Source: Eimeria praecox (Eukaryota). From it: 64,000 nucleotides of DNA. A model generated the notes under the pieces. The model was not told the DNA's origin and ran no database searches. It saw only the letters and a list, made by a program, of their open reading frames with translations. The position numbers and the translations under genes are program-made. The stretch covers positions 3,224,001 through 3,288,000 of the forward strand of contig OY986947.1 in assembly GCA_963920595.1 (NCBI GenBank). Reading direction: 5' to 3'. Positions within the stretch are counted from its first letter, which is position 1. Each line of letters begins with the position of its first letter. Shown piece after piece: positions 29,640 to 43,250 of the stretch.

Positions 29640-32600
29640 AGAGAAGGGAGTTGTTACAGCTGCGCGCTGTTACCAAACTCCAACTACTCGAATTGGAGAC
29701 AAAAAGCATAGTATAGGAAAGGAAAGATGGCATAATTGTTTATCATATAAATGTCTAAGAAGGCAAACACACGAGATAAATCCTATAGGAACAACATGTG
29801 AACGAGCAAGAACTTTCCCGCCGTTACCAACAACGCGTCCGCAATTCGTTGGAGTCTCCTCGGTCCTTCCCTCTTGTAACACCAATTCTATTATTCTTAT
29901 CCTAGAGGGTGCGAATGTCCTTCGAATCGCCGGAAGGTGCACTCTCCCTCTGCCTGATGGCGAAAAGATTTCGCTAGTTCCTTCTGGTGAGGTTTTATGG
30001 TAGCCCTCCAATGGGTTAGTGGCAGCATGCCTAGGACTATACCCTAGTGAACTGGTTCAACGGGGAGTCCCCTGTCAGGGTAATATGGCCTATGCCTGAA
30101 TCGAATTCCTGCTTTGCTCCCACAGGTTTACCCACCCTCGCTTCCCGTCTGCGAAAGGTAGCCGTAGTCGCAGAGACTGCACCAATAAATAGGTTGCTGG
30201 AATTTTGACGAAGACAGTTGGGAAGAAACCTTGCTTTTGCCCCCGTTGCCCACCGGTCTCCACAGAGTGTGTCCACAGCCATTCACTGCTATACAGTATA
30301 CCGGTCGGCTACGAGATGGGATTCGCATCTCGAGCCCCACGAGCTCAGCCGTACTGTGCTACCAATCGTAACAGTGGTCCTTTATCTCGGCTGATGATCG
30401 TCACTGCAAGCAGGCCTTCCCTTCAGCCGCCAGGTGGCCTACACCCACCGGCTCACAGGTCAAGAGCTATTGAGGAGATGGCAAGGCTTATCCTGAGCTT
30501 CAACACATCATGCAGCAAATACTGCAGCGAGGCATCCCCGCGCGCCGGCAAAACCAGTCCACCCTTGGAAACGATTGCTAGCATTGTATACTGTAAGGAG
30601 GGCAGTCCTTAAGCACTTAGGTGACCCTCCATAGCCAACGTGCAATCAAATAAATGAACGAGCACCAACATTTAACAGGCAATGGTACACTATAGACGAC
30701 TGTTAAATACTTAAGTCAACCTCCTGACAATTAGGAATGCGTGCACCAACATCAGAGAAAACCTACAATTACGGTAAAGCTCCACCGGTCTTCTGCTCAG
30801 GGTGCAGGCCAAGGCTCATGTCGCACCATGACGGCGGGGTTGCTTCTATGGCGGTGGTGGGGGGTGCGTGCACGGTGCCAATGAGAAGGGGCGGGCTATG
30901 GACGGGCTTCCCAAAGGATTACTATGAGTGGCGTCCTAATTTTTTCAAATGGCCGTTTTAGAGTGGGCTAGGCTAAAGTTATCTCCTCTAGGGTTGGCTA
31001 AGGGTTAGAGGGTTTGGCAACGCAAACGGTCATGATGTGAGCGTTTGGCCGATTGAGGCCGCATGCGGCTAGCTGTGGGGCTCCGCAATGGTGTGGGGTC
31101 TAATTTCCGAAGGAAATTTAGTTGAAGCAGTAAGATAAATTTTAAAATCCCGTAAAGTGATGAAGATCCACCAATAAAATTGGGGGCTGGAAGCCCTTTT
31201 TGTTTTACATCAATTTGCCGGTGCCCGCCTTCAAGAGGCAGATCGGCTGGTCGGTAAATGTAAAATACCGCCGTGTGGGTGTCTGTGAGATATGTGGGCC
31301 CCCAAGAAGAAAAACCGCAGAATTCCAATGGCCCAGTTTTCTAGGCTTTTTAAAAAGCTATTTCGGCAACATTAGGTTCAGATTAGCGTACTCGTTCCTC
31401 CCTGCAATCGCTCCAAAATCTCAATCTGTACAATCATTTAAGTGCTAATATCAAATTTCATCAAAGCGAAGGGGTAGCTTTTGCTTTGTACAGGGAGGTT
31501 TCTCGACCTTGTCTAAAGCCCTTCGCTAGTTGCAATAAAATCAAAGACTCGGAAAACTCCCTGTAGTGATGCTATTGAATCGCAGATAATGGCTGTACTA
31601 GGAACCCTTAAAATTAAGTTCCCAAGCAGCTGCTCACCTCCCCTTCAACCGCATGCCAGGCGTGCCATATCGGAGCATGCCCTTGTGCAGACACTAAGAT
31701 AAACCGGCCTGCTCCATCACGAAGGGAAGCTTGCACCCACTACCGCTACAGGCCAGGCCCGCAAATACCCAAAACTAGCCCGCTGGTTTCTACATGATCT
31801 AGCATTTTAGACTGTAGTTTGGACGGGCGATTAACATGGACTCGGAGCACCATGTCCAGCCCGCAAGGAAGTAGAGAAACAAGCACGGCCTTCAGCAGAA
31901 TATGCTACACCTTCATAAGAGCCACGGAGGTCTACCTTAGTGTCCAAGTGTCCTGAGCACATTGGGCTAAGGGCGTAGAGCTGTTGAGGAGATGTGCTGG
32001 CTTACCCTGAGCTGCAACCTGCCTCGCTGCCAATAATGCTATGGGGCAGCCCCGCAAATACGCAAAACTAGCCCGCTGGTTTCTACATGATCTAGCATTT
32101 TAGACTGTAGTTTGGACGGGCGATTAACATGGACTCGGAGCACCATGTCCAGCCCGCAGGGAAGTAGAGAAACACGCACGGCCTTCAGCAGAATATGCTA
32201 CACCTTCATAAGAGCCACGGAGGTCTACCTTAGTGTCCAAGTGTCCTGAGCACATTGGGCTAAGGGCGTAGAGCTGTTGAGGAGATGTGCTGGCTTACCC
32301 TGAGCTGCAACCTGCCTCGCTGCCAATAATGCTATGGGGCAGCCCCGCAAATACGCAAAACTAGCCCGCTGGTTTCTACATGATCTAGCATTTTAGACTG
32401 TAGTTTGGACGGGCGATTAACATGGACTCGGAGCACCATGTCCAGCCCGCAAGGAAGTAGAGAAACAAGCACGGCCGTCAGCAGAATATGCTACACCTTC
32501 ATAAGAGCCACGGAGGTCTACCTTAGTGTCCAAGTGTCCTGAGCACATTGGGCTAAGGGCGTAGAGCTGTTGAGGAGATGCGCTGGCTTACCCTGAGCTG

Positions 32601-35600
32601 CAACCTGCCTCGCTGCCAATAATGCTATGGGGCAGCCCCGCAAATACGCAAAACTAGCCCACTGGTTTCTACATGATCTAGCATTTTAGACTGTAGTTTG
32701 GACGGGCGATTAACATGGACTCGGAGCACCATGTCCAGCCCGCAAGGAAGTAGAGAAACAAGCACGGCCTTCAGCAGAATATGCTACACCTTCATAAGAG
32801 CCACGGAGGTCTACCTTAGTGTCCAAGTGTCCTGAGCACATTGGGCTAAGGGCGTAGAGCTGTTGAGGAGATGCGCTGGCTTACCCTGAGCTGCAACCTG
32901 CCTCGCTGCCAATAATGCTATGGGGCAGCCCCGCAAATACGCAAAACTAGCCCGCTGGTTTCTACATGATCTAGCATTTTAGACTGTAGTTTGGATAGTT
33001 TGGACGGGCGATTAACATGGACTCGGAGCACCATGTCCAGCCCGCAAGGAAGTAGAGAAACAAGCACGGCCGTCAGCAGAATATGCTACACCTTCATAAG
33101 AGCCACGGAGGTCTACCTTAGTGTCCAAGTGTCCTGAGCACATTGGGCTAAGGGCGTAGAGCTGTTGAGGAGATGTGCTGGCTTACCCTGAGCTGCAACC
33201 TGCCTCGCTGCCAAAAATGCTATGGGGCAGCCCCGCAAATACGCAAAACTAGCCCGCTGGTTTCTACATGATCTAGCATTTTAGACTGTAGTTTGGATAG
33301 TTTGGACGGGCGATTAACATGGACTCGGAGCACCATGTCCAGCCCGCAAGGAGGTAGAGAAACAAGCACGGCCGTCAGCAGAATATGCTACACCTTCATA
33401 AGAGCCACGGAGGTCTACCTTAGTGTCCAAGTGTCCTGAGCACATTGGGCTAAGGGCGTAGAGCTGTTGAGGAGATGTGCTGGCTTACCCTGAGCTGCAA
33501 CCTGCCTCGCTGCCAATAATGCTATGGGGCAGCCCCGCAAATACGCAAAACTAGCCCACTGGTTTCTACATGATCTAGCATTTTAGACTGTAGTTTGGAC
33601 GGGCGATTAACATGGACTCGGAGCACCATGTCCAGCCCGCAAGGAAGTAGAGAAACAAGCACGGCCTTCAGCAGAATATGCTACACCTTCATAAGAGCCA
33701 CGGAGGTCTACCTTAGTGTCCAAGTGTCCTGAGCACATTGGGCTAAGGGCGTAGAGCTGTTGAGGAGATGCGCTGGCTTACCCTGAGCTGCAACCTGCCT
33801 CGCTGCCAATAATGCTATGGGGCAGCCCCGCATATACGCAAAACTAGGCCGCTGGTTTCTACATGATCTAGCATTTTAGACTGTAGTTTGGACGGGCGAT
33901 TAACATGGACTCGGAGCACCATGTCCAGCCCGCAAGGAAGTAGAGAAACAAGCACGGCCTTCAGCAGAATATGCTACACCTTCATAAGAGCCACGGAGGT
34001 CTACCTTAGTGTCCAAGTGTCCTGAGCACATTGGGCTAAGGGCGTAGAGCTGTTGAGGAGATGTGCTGGCTTACCCTGAGCTGCAACCTGCCTCGCTGCC
34101 AATAATGCTATGGGGCAGCCCCGCAAATACGCAAAACTAGCCCGCTGGTTTCTACATGATCTAGCATTTTAGACTGTAGTTTGGATAGTTTGGACGGGCG
34201 ATTAACATGGACTCGGAGCACCATGTCCAGCCCGCAAGGAAGTAGAGAAACAAGCACGGCCTTCAGCAGAATATGCTACACCTTCATAAGAGCCACGGAG
34301 GTCTACCTTAGTGTCCAAGTGTCCTGAGCACATTGGGCTAAGGGCGTAGAGCTGTTGAGGAGATGCGCTGGCTTACCCTGAGCTGCAACCTGCCTCGCTG
34401 CCAATAATGCTATGGGGCAGCCCCGCAAATACGCAAAACTAGCCCGCTGGTTTCTACATGATCTAGCATTTTAGACTGTAGTTTGGATAGTTTGGACGGG
34501 CGATTAACATGGACTCGGAGCACCATGTCCAGCCCGCAACGAAGTAGAGAAACAAGCACGGCCTTCAGCAGAATATGCTACACCTTCATAAGAGCCACGG
34601 AGGTCTACCTTAGTGTCCAAGTGTCCTGAGCACATCGGGCCAAGGGCGTAGAGCTGTTGAGGAGATGCGCTGGCTTACCCTGAGCTGCAACCTGCCTCGC
34701 TGCCAATAATGCTGTGGGGCAGCCCCGCAAATACGCAAAACTAGGCCGCTGGTTTCTACATGATCTAGCATTTTAGACTGTAGTTTGGAGAGGGGTTTAA
34801 CAGCTAGTGGGTGCTCCATGGCCAGCCTAGGACTTCTAGGCGGTACCGGAGCATACGCGGTAGAATCTCGCAGGCTGTCTGCCCTTCAGTGGGGGTGCAG
34901 ATGCTCTGGGGTGAGCTAGCGTGAAATCCCGCATTACCGCGAGAGTGCGTCTCCGCCGTACGCGGCCCTATAGGCTTGTTTAGTGTTTCATTAAATCACG
35001 AATGGCCATGAAAGCCCCCAAACGGCCGTCTGGACTGCTGAGGTATCAGGAGTAGCACCGCACTGCTGGGGCAAAAGTATATTCCGCTGAGGGCAAGCTC
35101 CGTTGTCGCCTACGCCTCAGCAAGGCACGGCGTAGGACTGCGCTCATCGGCGCGGCAAGAGCAGGGCTGCCAACAGTCTCCCGCCCGCCCTCTAGACATG
35201 TATCGCAACAGCTCTAACGGAGCGCCATATCAAGACAGATTATCTTCAGCAAAATGCCTCATGGAACTTGGGCACATGCTATTTATTCGCAAACGCCCCT
35301 CACTAACAGTCCCCGTCTATACTCATCAGTGCATTCGCACCTTCGCCTGGTAGCTCATGCTTCTGCCGAATGCAATAATCAGGGCTTAGCACCGATACCG
35401 AGTCGTTCCAAGCTACCGAATTGCCGGAGGCGCTCCAACGGTGAGGTGCCCTCCCCGCCCAGTTATGGCGTGCTGAACTGTAACCGCCCCAAGCCCCATT
35501 CTACAACCCTCGTAAAACTGACGCCTCAGGCCCAGCGCAGGCTGCATCTCCGCAACACCGTTAAAGCCGAACGTCTGAACGCCGTAGCTCCCTCCTTTGG

Positions 35601-36748
35601 CGGCCACGAGTCCAGGTTTTGCGGGGCTAATATCCTCACGTGGGCCTATATTCCTGTAAAGCATTCTATGAAGGCAGGCTTCTCCTGACATCTCATGTTG
35701 TTACTAACCCTAGCAGACTGCTGCTAACCTTGCGCACTACGCAGTAGATGACTTTCTCGTCGGGTGCTTTGCAGATTGACGAGAAGATCGGCCAGCCTTG
35801 CGCCCTGCACTAATCGGTGCCACAGTACAGTCCCAACAGGCTCCGTTCGAAGGCGCCCAAATGAGCCCTAGGCGTGGCTTTCCAAGTAAGCTGGGTGCTC
35901 AGCTTATGGCTTGGACGGGAATGCTGAAAGGGTTCCGTCGCCCCTGTTTTGCAATTCTTTGCCGCCTAGCCAGTCTCGTCGACGCAGAGCCTTTTAAAAT
36001 AACCCTTCAAAGCCAGCCGGAGTGCTGCCCTTCTATCCCTCCTGTGTTGCAGCCTCAAAGACAACTTTAATTCAGAGGAAGCCCACATACAGCAAGAGCC
36101 TCCCACAACCTCGGCGTTCCCAAACAGCCCTTCTTCAGGCCCGAACGTGCTCAAACGAGGCAAGAGCTCCTGCGTATATGCCTGTATGTCTAGGGTGCAA
36201 AACACTTGGCTTTGCATGCTAGCAAGTCCGAACACTTCAAAAGTGAACGTCGGGCACTGGCTGTGTAGAAGCAACTCAGGCCCACGCTGACGGCGCTGAA
36301 TTTCGCACCCGAAGCCTTCTTGGCTTGCAGGGACGCCAGCACCCTTCAGGCGGTTTCACGGTTTCATTGCATAGATTTAATTGCTCACACTTGTTCTATT
36401 TACCGTAACTGCGCAAAGCGAGTTTTCGCCGCACTCCGAAATCTAGACTGAATGCACAACCCGCAGTGGGTACAGTTGGACCCAGGGCGTATCTAACTTT
36501 CTGTAGTGAAGCGTTTCCTGCACAAGACAGTGTGCTAGGCACGCTTCGCCTATTCATTTAAAGACTCCAAAGCAGAAAGAGCCGAGCTTACAAGCACACT
36601 AGTCAGTAGTGTGGGCAGTCTCGACTGCATTACTACTATTCGTGCTGCTGCTCTTGTTGCTGTTGTTACTACTGCTGTGGTCAGTCTCCGACTCGGAGAC
36701 AGAGTCCTCGCTGCTGGTGCTTCCCAGTCGCGCTAACTCCCGGTGCAT
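29640..36748 (-). pseudogene. Large decayed gene of an unnamed repeat-domain family (locus A), interrupted by the 293-bp array
   Basis: Putative start at 36748 (MHRELARLGSTSSEDSVSESETD..., acidic/Ser-rich). Repeated domain remnants at 30460-30600, 31680-31820 and in each array unit. Many in-frame stops. Boundaries are approximate. Confidence 0.6.
31758..34789. repeat. Tandem array of 10 full units plus a partial unit; lengths 293,293,293,293,302,302,293,293,302,302 bp, near-identical
   Basis: The marker GCAAATA recurs at 31761, 32054, 32347, 32640, 32933, 33235, 33537, 33830 (variant GCATATA), 34123, 34425 and 34727. The 302-bp units carry a duplicated 9-mer TAGTTTGGA. Confidence 0.97.
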
Positions 36749-38271
36749 TTTGAACAGCGGCGATCCTAAGAAAATTGGACAGCAGAGAAGCTACCAGGGT
36801 TTGCCACATCTTACGGTTTTATGATTACATACTACGCTCCAGTCAGCGGTTAACAACGATCCTTATCGTTACTCCTCAGGGCTTAGTCTAGCTTAGGGCC
36901 TAGGGAAACTCACTTAGTCGATCCGAAATGCCGCTTGGGGTCAACAAGCGGCCTCCTAAGGAAAAAAACGCAAAACCCCAAAAGTGAAGCGACTAATGAA
37001 ATATGTAATGACCCTGTATCTCCCATGTGCATGCCAAGCCTCTTGCAAGGTAAATGAAATGTGTTTTCTAAAGCCAGGAAGCTCTGACAAACTCCAATGA
37101 GCAAGTCTGCGTTTAACATTCAGGGTTTCAGACATACTGTTGGCCTGGCGGTTGGTTGAGTGGAGGGTCGGTACGGGCTGCTGGGGTGTAGAACAGTGAC
37201 GCCATTGCTCTGTACAGTTGCAAGCCACAGACAGTGAAGACAATGAAAGATAAGATAGCAATTCCCGCTGGAGGCTCCGCAAAGAAACACATAAAGCAAA
37301 GGAAAAGGGAACCAGGATACACCAGAGAGAAGGCATCTTCCCCATTACGCAAGAAAGCACCTCGCATCTCAGCGACGCACAGGGAGACACGGATACGTTG
37401 TCGAGGGCGGTGCAGAGCTAAACGATTTCAAAGCAGGCCATATAATTCAACGACACATCAAACAAGTCTGGGAAAAAGGCGAAGGGGATCAAAAGCCCCA
37501 CACCAACGCTGTGCAGCAAGTAACAGGCCCGACCCACCGAAACAAACCGAGCTATAAAGATGCACGCCTGAATCTGACTCTGCCATTAATGCGTGCTTAT
37601 AAAGTAATTCTGAAAGCTAGTACCCGATCCGTACAAGCGTAGCCCTGAGCCTCTAGCACCCGGCACCAACCGTCCTAAAAAGGTTCCCAGAGCCTTTGAC
37701 CCACCCAGAAAGCAAGAATCTGCGAAGTGCGCTAACAAATGCCACGGCTGCGGCTCACCGTAGTTATGCGGGGTAAGAGTCAAAAGCGTGCCAAGATCTA
37801 TCCTTTGCGCGTCTGCCTGCGTCTCATCATCCAAGGGCGTCAACCCCAAGCCGGCTAGACGGCCCTCATGCAGAAGCATCTGAACACAGCACAAGCACGC
37901 GCATCCTGAGCCCCAAGGCCTACATCTTCGACGTTCAGTTAAGCTTTCATTCATAGGAGGGTAAAGTGGCCATAGGGCCGCAGGCGGAGCTTCCAGTGGA
38001 GTCTCCTACGAGTGACTTTCTGTTGTATCAGGATGCGCTTTCGCCCGTACGACACGGGGATTGTGCGGAGGGCCACAGGAGCACTAGACTCAGAGAAAAC
38101 TCGCGTGCACTTAAAGCTGTTAAGCTCGAAGGGTACAAGGAGATTTGACGGCACTAGGTCGGCCTGAAGAAGATAAGCCGTGTGAACGCCACTGTCAGCC
38201 CAGCCCCTTGAGACTCCTCATCCTCTTTGCTTGTGAGCGCAGCGGCTGCAGAAGCAAAGGGGATGGGGTGT

Positions 38272-39810
38272 CTAAAGCGGCTGATCTGACACTGGCACTG
38301 TGGGCGCACGTGCCTTGGTGTCATCTTCAATGGCCAATGCCCCCGTCATGACGGCGATGCCGCGTTTAAAGCCTATTTCTACAAATGCGGCTTCCTGCTC
38401 CAACTGCTGGCGCATTTTCGCGTGTATTTGGTTGGCAAAAGCAGAAATCTCCTCCGCCTCCCACTCCCAGCCGTCCTCTTCCTCATCATCCTGCGTAACG
38501 CATGCAATTTCACCTTGGGCTCCCACTTTCATCCCCTCAAGCCCTCAATTTCAATGCAGTGCACTGCTGCTCCACCCACGATAAACAACACCGGCAACAA
38601 GCTCTGCTCTGCTGCATTCCAGTGGATGGCAAACACCAATACGCTATGCTTGCATACAATACGAAGCGGCCCATCTGCCTATGCAACACTGGGCATGGCG
38701 GCCTCGGGTGCTGAAACAGCCATCGTCCCACTGGACCGTAAAGTTCGCTACTAGCGACAAGCTGTCTCATCCATGATGTTTGCCACCTGTTTTTCTTCTA
38801 AAGAAGCACACATTTCTAAGCAGCATGCATGAGTGCTCACGTGCACGGACAGAAATGCCATTACGGGCTTAAGTGTACACTCAATTCGCTTGGCAGCTGC
38901 CTGAAGAGCTGCTTAACATGAGATGAAGTGGTGCTTGCCGTGCACACAGGGGAAGAAGATACGTGTTATGCTTGTGGTTAACTGACCTGCTCCGCACGCA
39001 TGTACCCCGAGTCGGCGTCGCTGTCCGGTTCACTACTGACCTCAGTCGCAATGCTCCCTAGGCTGCTGCTCCTAAAGCCCCGTCTGTTGCTGCTGTCATG
39101 CGTCAGCAGCAGGTTCTCAACTAACTCCACAAAGCCCATGTTGGCTACGGCGTCTTCTTGCATCCGCCGTCGCCTCCCCGTCCCCTTACCCCCTTCTGTC
39201 GCTTCCGGGTGAAACCGAACAGTCCCGCCGCCCTCCTCATCTTCTGCTGCTTCTGCTGCCTCCCCTTCCGATTCTGGTGCTCCTGCTGCTGCTGCTGTTG
39301 CTGCTGGGCCGTCGTCGCCCGAAGCGTCATCAGGCGATGTTCCTGCATTGGTGGCATTCCCGCCTGTTACTGCAGCAGCTGCAGCGGAGACTAGCCCAAA
39401 GGGCCACCATGAAGAGCTCTGCGGGGATCACATTCACCAACACGGAACATCATATGCCACCTGCTGTCGGTTCCGCAGCATGAGCTGTAGCATAGACACA
39501 CTTGCTCTCTAGCGTTGAGTCGCACTTCGCAAGCGGAAAAGTAGGTCCATACTCTACACTGTGGATAGTAGAGGCAGCACCCTACCTTGAAATATATGGC
39601 TGCATTTACTAACAGCAGCAACTCCAGAAGCAGCAGCAATAGAAGCAGCCCACGTGTGACAATAGCTTACGGAAGACTCTTCTTGGGTTCCTCCTACTGG
39701 AGGATCATCTGTCAAGCCTGTCTTTTCCGGTGGAGAGGACGATGCAGAGGAGCGACTATCTCCTGACATTTCTATGTACCGGTTGCCGCTGTTGCTGCTG
39801 CCGCTGGCGC
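38272..39810 (-). CDS. Hypothetical acidic protein, spliced; exons at about 39670-39810, about 38987-39390 and 38272-38490; 5' end uncertain
   Basis: Coherent reading ...GTSPDDASGDDG...RMQEDAVANMGFVELVENLLL...YMRAEQ|DDEEEDGWEWEAEEISAFANQIHAKMRQQLEQE... with a phase-0 GT-AG intron at 38491-38986. Confidence 0.55.
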
Positions 39811-41899
39811 TGAGGAATGGACAGCAGCAGCGGCAACTGCAGCATCTGGGAAGAGGCTATACTATCCCAGCTCAATCTAATGCTTGAATCCCTGTGCCTT
39901 GATGAAGGGAAATACGCATTCACTGCTGGCATGCAGCTGCAGCAGCAGCCGCTGCTGCAGCAGCAACACCAGCGGCAGCAGGTGTTGCTGCTGCGCAGCC
40001 CTTCTCGCTCCAGACGACAACAAATTGGCGGTATCTAGATCTTGCTGTTAATAGCAATGGGTAAATACATGCGGCTGTGCATGGAATGCCTATGCGGGTG
40101 CAGAAGCAGCAAGCGTATCTGCAGTGCCCAGCACAAAAGTTCGTCGAGAAGGCAAGGAAAGAGCATGCTAATATATAATAGCGAAGCTGAAAAAGAATGT
40201 GTGCAGATTGCTTTCAATGAATTCTCCCTCCCACGAACTGCAATGAACAAGGCTCCGTACGGGTAACGCCAATCAAGGCTACCAATTGGGTGACTAGCGT
40301 GGAGAACTCATACGCAAAACCAGAGTTCAACTTATCTTAAGATGCCTGAATTTTCAAATAAGAGCATTTGCCGTCTTTTCTCGTAGATGGAAGGCTCATT
40401 CGCTCTACTGAGGAACTTAGCTCCCCTCTTGCACAGGCCGAAAACACAATCGGTCCGAGGCGCTGTCGGCACTCGTCTGTGGCCCGGTCATTCCCGTTTG
40501 TGTTACCCTCATATAGAAGAATTCTAGATATTAAATTAGCATATTTGCTATTTCTAAATGCGAAAACGGTTTCTACCAAGCATATTGCAAATTAAGCGTC
40601 TTCGGAAGGGTTGACTTCTTAACAGCTCGACTGGGTGTGCCTTCACCTCCGGTTGCATGTGCTCTCTCTCGGCGTTTCTCTCTTCACCGAACTCCATTAG
40701 CCCTTTATATGCAGTGGTTTCTCAGGATTGTATCAATTGTTTCAATATACTCAGCGTACCGGTTGTAGCTGGCTACACAACCAGTATCTGTGGCCCTTTG
40801 AGTGGACCTCTTGCATATGTGTATGGGGCTATGCTGTGTTTCTCTTTCTTTCGCTACATTTTGTGTATTCTTCACACCTTGTGGGGGGGGGGGCGATAAT
40901 GCTGAGTCAACTCCTTCTAAGCTCTGCTCATTCGGTTTAGAACTACGACACTGCGTGGTTGGGTAACCCCGTCTCTGACGGGTCGGGATGCAACCCTAAT
41001 TCGCCAGCTTGTGTTGGTCAGTGCTCCCTCTCATTCAGAGAGCACCGTCTAGAATGCACGGAATGTCTAGGTTTTCCGCTAACTCAGCTCACTGTCGCGT
41101 ATTACCTAACAGCTCCTCCTGATTGTCAAACCGTCTAACAGTACCAATATATCCTCAATCATTACTCCGACTGGCGTAGTAGCCAGAAATCTGCAGAGAA
41201 CGTTTAAGGTCCTTGTTTTACCTTAAATTAAATCTGAATCGAACCTAGACGAAGGCACTGAAAATGGAGACGCTGAATCGAGCTAGCGACTCTGCGTACC
41301 TTCCCCAGGTCGCAGCGAATATCAGGGTTGGCTATGCGGTTATTGCTGCATTCCAAAATATTGGTGGGGGAATAGAACCTTTTTGTGTGTTTATTTAGGG
41401 CTCATACGCTTTGGGGGGATGCTCTAAGCAAAATTAATTGCGATAGGATATCTTGTTTTTTCTCCCTCCACCAACTCATCCTCGCACCGACTCTCCACCA
41501 ATAAAAACAGTCACAGTACTAGTCCTTTAGAGGGCAAAGATACAGATTCTCAGCTCATATATGCCTCACGTACTAGGCGGCCATCCTATTTTATGAAGGG
41601 CAAAGCTTCGCCAGAGGAGGCGCACGAATTACTCCTTGAAGAAGATACTACGGAAGCAAGAAGAGACAACTAGCCGCCTCATGCACCACTCAACTGCCCT
41701 CCTTCCCTTACAGATGGTGGCTTATTCAAACGTCGTATCCAAGATAAAACCTGACAAAAAATAGGCAGTTTGATGGGAATTTGTCCTGTACTTGGGTGGC
41801 ATTTTTGAAGCTTGGGTACTTTGGCTTTTCCTAGGGTTTAACGTGCTACGATGGCTTTCCCCAAAACTCATTTCAAAACTCATTTGACGTCCTTTCCTG

Positions 41900-43250
41900 C
41901 CTCCATGTGTCCTTAGCACAGGGAAAGAGGACCACGGTGTTGTCCGGCCGAAGAGTGGGCCTTTAGGGATATACACCTACATCTGCTGCAACCCCTGCCC
42001 GGAAAGGCACGCTCATGCTGTAGGCGTATTTGCGGAGCCTGTTCACAGCAATGAAAGCGCTATCACAGCCTTTGATATATGAAGTTACCACTATGCAATC
42101 CATTGAGATATCTGTTTAGCTCATATCCCGGGCTAGATAGTGTTCTTCGGGTTTGACTGTCGATATTACGGATGGGTAAAAGCATGCTATCGGCTGGGCA
42201 GTATCCTACGTTATCAACCAATGCATGGTTGTGTTGGCCCCACCGTGTCGCGCTACAGAACATTCATGCTTTTTGCAGAAGTCAGCAGAACACAGAGCTG
42301 CAATGCATTATCGGCGGAGTCCACCCTTGGTCTAGTATTACAATCGCCTATTTGGTTGTTTTTAGCCCGTCGTTTGTAGCTTATCTTGGCAAGAATGAAG
42401 GCAGCGTGAGCACTTAATAAAAATAGGAAATGCAATTTGGAAAGGAAGAGGGATTAATCGCAGATAAGAAGTGACTTGTGCTGCTTGAGCAGATCCGTTA
42501 TAGGGGAGCAGATGCTAGCGAGCATAGGGGCAAACTTGAAATACCAAGATGGGGGACCGAGGAAATTTTGAGCTTCCGTGCTACTGTACAGCAGAGATGC
42601 CATTTCTGCAACCCTTCTATCGCCAATGGATAAGGCTGCTGCAGAGAAACAGAGCCCTAGGAAGGATGAACGCATTGATGCTTATACGAACTGTTGTTTC
42701 TCCATGTAGAAATTGCACCGCACGCCAAACACTCTACAAGTAAACCTACATACTCCGGTCGAATACAAATACGTCGTCCTTCTGCGCATCCGTTTACCCA
42801 TGGGGATTTGGTCCCCACATTTGTGATTATCCTGTATCTGCAGCGCTGCAGGTGCGTTCATTTGCCCAAATGGCAGACAAATACATGGGGGGTTGCCAAT
42901 GCGGTTATGGAGAGCACTCTTGTTGCTTTTGTCTGGATCTACTGGAATAGAGAAAAAAGAGTCAACGAACCCTAAAGATGAATAGACTGCTGCGCTCTGC
43001 AAGCGGTCAAACCGTTGGCCCGTCCGGGGCATCGGAAATTTTCATTTCACTATAATGTGTTTGAGGGGCTTGGATTCTAATGGCAACTGCTGCCTTCTTT
43101 CGCCAGCTCCGGATTGTACCAAAACGCGCTGCCCTTCCAGTTGCAGACTGCAGATGATATCCCTGCGCTAAGCCATTGATGCAGAAGCTCCGAGTTCAGC
43201 CTGTGGTGCGCGCTCACCAAGAAATGATTCTTCCCGCTACGGTGGCTTGC
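41900..43250 (-). mobile_element. Highly decayed Ty3/gypsy RT-RNase H relic
   Basis: MPRTGQRFDRLQSAAVYSSL...LPFGQMNAPAALQ, STEAQNFLG...FAPMLASICSPITDLLK, and RNase H-like RVDSADNAL. Confidence 0.8.

Noticed and set aside
31758..34789. CRISPR array or tandem RNA-gene (5S/tRNA/snRNA) cluster
   Set aside because: Units are identical end to end with no unique spacers, no cas genes are present and the host is a eukaryote. I recognised no structural RNA, and the unit aligns to coding remnants.
40880..41160. G-run resembling a polypurine tract with a possible solo LTR
   Set aside because: No TG...CA termini, target-site duplication or second copy could be established.
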